This document shows, piece by piece, positions 63,431 through 64,000 of a DNA stretch of 64,000 bases. The DNA lies in the IMG/VR virus record IMGVR_UViG_3300001847_000838, positions 26,296 through 90,295 of that record. One strand, 5' to 3'. Position 1 is the stretch's first letter, and each line of letters starts with the position of its first letter. A program made the translations under genes and the position numbers. The notes beneath the pieces were generated by a model. The model saw nothing but the letters and a program-made list of their open reading frames with translations. It was not told the DNA's origin and did not search any database. This stretch comes from a virus.

Positions 63431-63868
63431 TTATTTTTCATGCTGTTTTTCTAACGCAATGCGAGCAATTTCATGATAATTTATTGAACTAAATCCATCA
63501 TGAATATTAGTTTTTTCAGCAATTTTTTGTAATGCTTTTCTTAATTGATCGTTTTCAGTTTTAAGTTTTTGTATCTCTTCTTGAAGTGCTTTTTTTGCAT
63601 TTGCTATATTTGTTGCTTTACAAGTTTCTGCGTGAGAGTATGAATCGCAGCTCTCATCACAGTCTTCATTCCATTCATCACAAATTTCTTTTAATAGTTG
63701 TCGAGTAATTTTTAAATCGTACCGCAATTTTTCTAGTTCCTGGCCGGATATTCCCACCAAATAGCCAGGGTAAGAAGCGGAGCTAGAACTTGTGCGGGTA
63801 TGAAGTGGAAAACATTCTGGACAAACATAGGATGGATTTGACCACCCGTGAGTAATACAACTAAACAT
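63431..63868 (-). CDS. Cys-rich coiled-coil hypothetical protein
   Basis: C..HG...CPEC, CDE...CD..C...H...C; GGAGG SD. Confidence 0.6.
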   Translation of the reverse strand: MFSCITHGWSNPSYVCPECFPLHTRTSSSSASYPGYLVGISGQELEKLRYDLKITRQLLKEICDEWNEDCDESCDSYSHAETCKATNIANAKKALQEEIQKLKTENDQLRKALQKIAEKTNIHDGFSSINYHEIARIALEKQHEK

Positions 63869-64000
63869 TATTTTAATCCTCCACCATAATGTCGATAATC
63901 AATTTACTTCCTTTAGTGTTTTTTTCACTCATTTGTTTTTTCCGTTTCTTCTAGTTTTGCTAATAATGCATCTGCAAACTTAACTGCATGAGTAGAAAAC

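Noticed and set aside
1-64000. tRNA, rRNA, CRISPR array, integrase or transposase
   Set aside because: Intergenic spaces are short and accounted for by promoters, a terminator or small ORFs; no cloverleaf or spaced-repeat pattern was seen by eye (tRNAscan/Infernal would be needed for certainty).

Overview
Gene-dense, mostly AT-rich segment of a large contractile-tailed (myovirus-like) dsDNA phage. The host is probably Gram-negative (PagL-like OM barrel, lipoproteins); Bdellovibrionota-like is only a guess from protein flavour. Layout: (1) 1-15936 (+), replication/recombination operon with RNase H, DnaQ-like exonuclease, DnaE, SSB-, UvsY- and RecA-like proteins, sigma-like protein, SF4 helicase and primase, plus an S8 protease, ClpP, a CYTH enzyme and a PLP aminotransferase; (2) 15933-41756 (-), tail fibres and baseplate; (3) 41836-54214, mostly (-), small genes behind sigma70 promoters, including ThyX, dUTPase, DUF932, Rrf2 and a PagL-like lipid A deacylase; (4) 54335-61533 (+), tape measure, hub, spike, CPBP protease and a probable virion protein; (5) 61543-64000 (-), small genes. 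Best leads: the PagL-like gene within a wider set of envelope-directed hydrolases; two paralogous tail fibres whose identical DNA tracts bracket GC-discordant modules; abrupt intragenic GC mosaics; and a possible split sigma (sigma2-like plus stand-alone sigma4-like) with an AATCTTTA candidate late promoter. I saw no tRNA, rRNA, CRISPR array, integrase or reverse transcriptase. All family calls come from motif reading by eye, not database searches.
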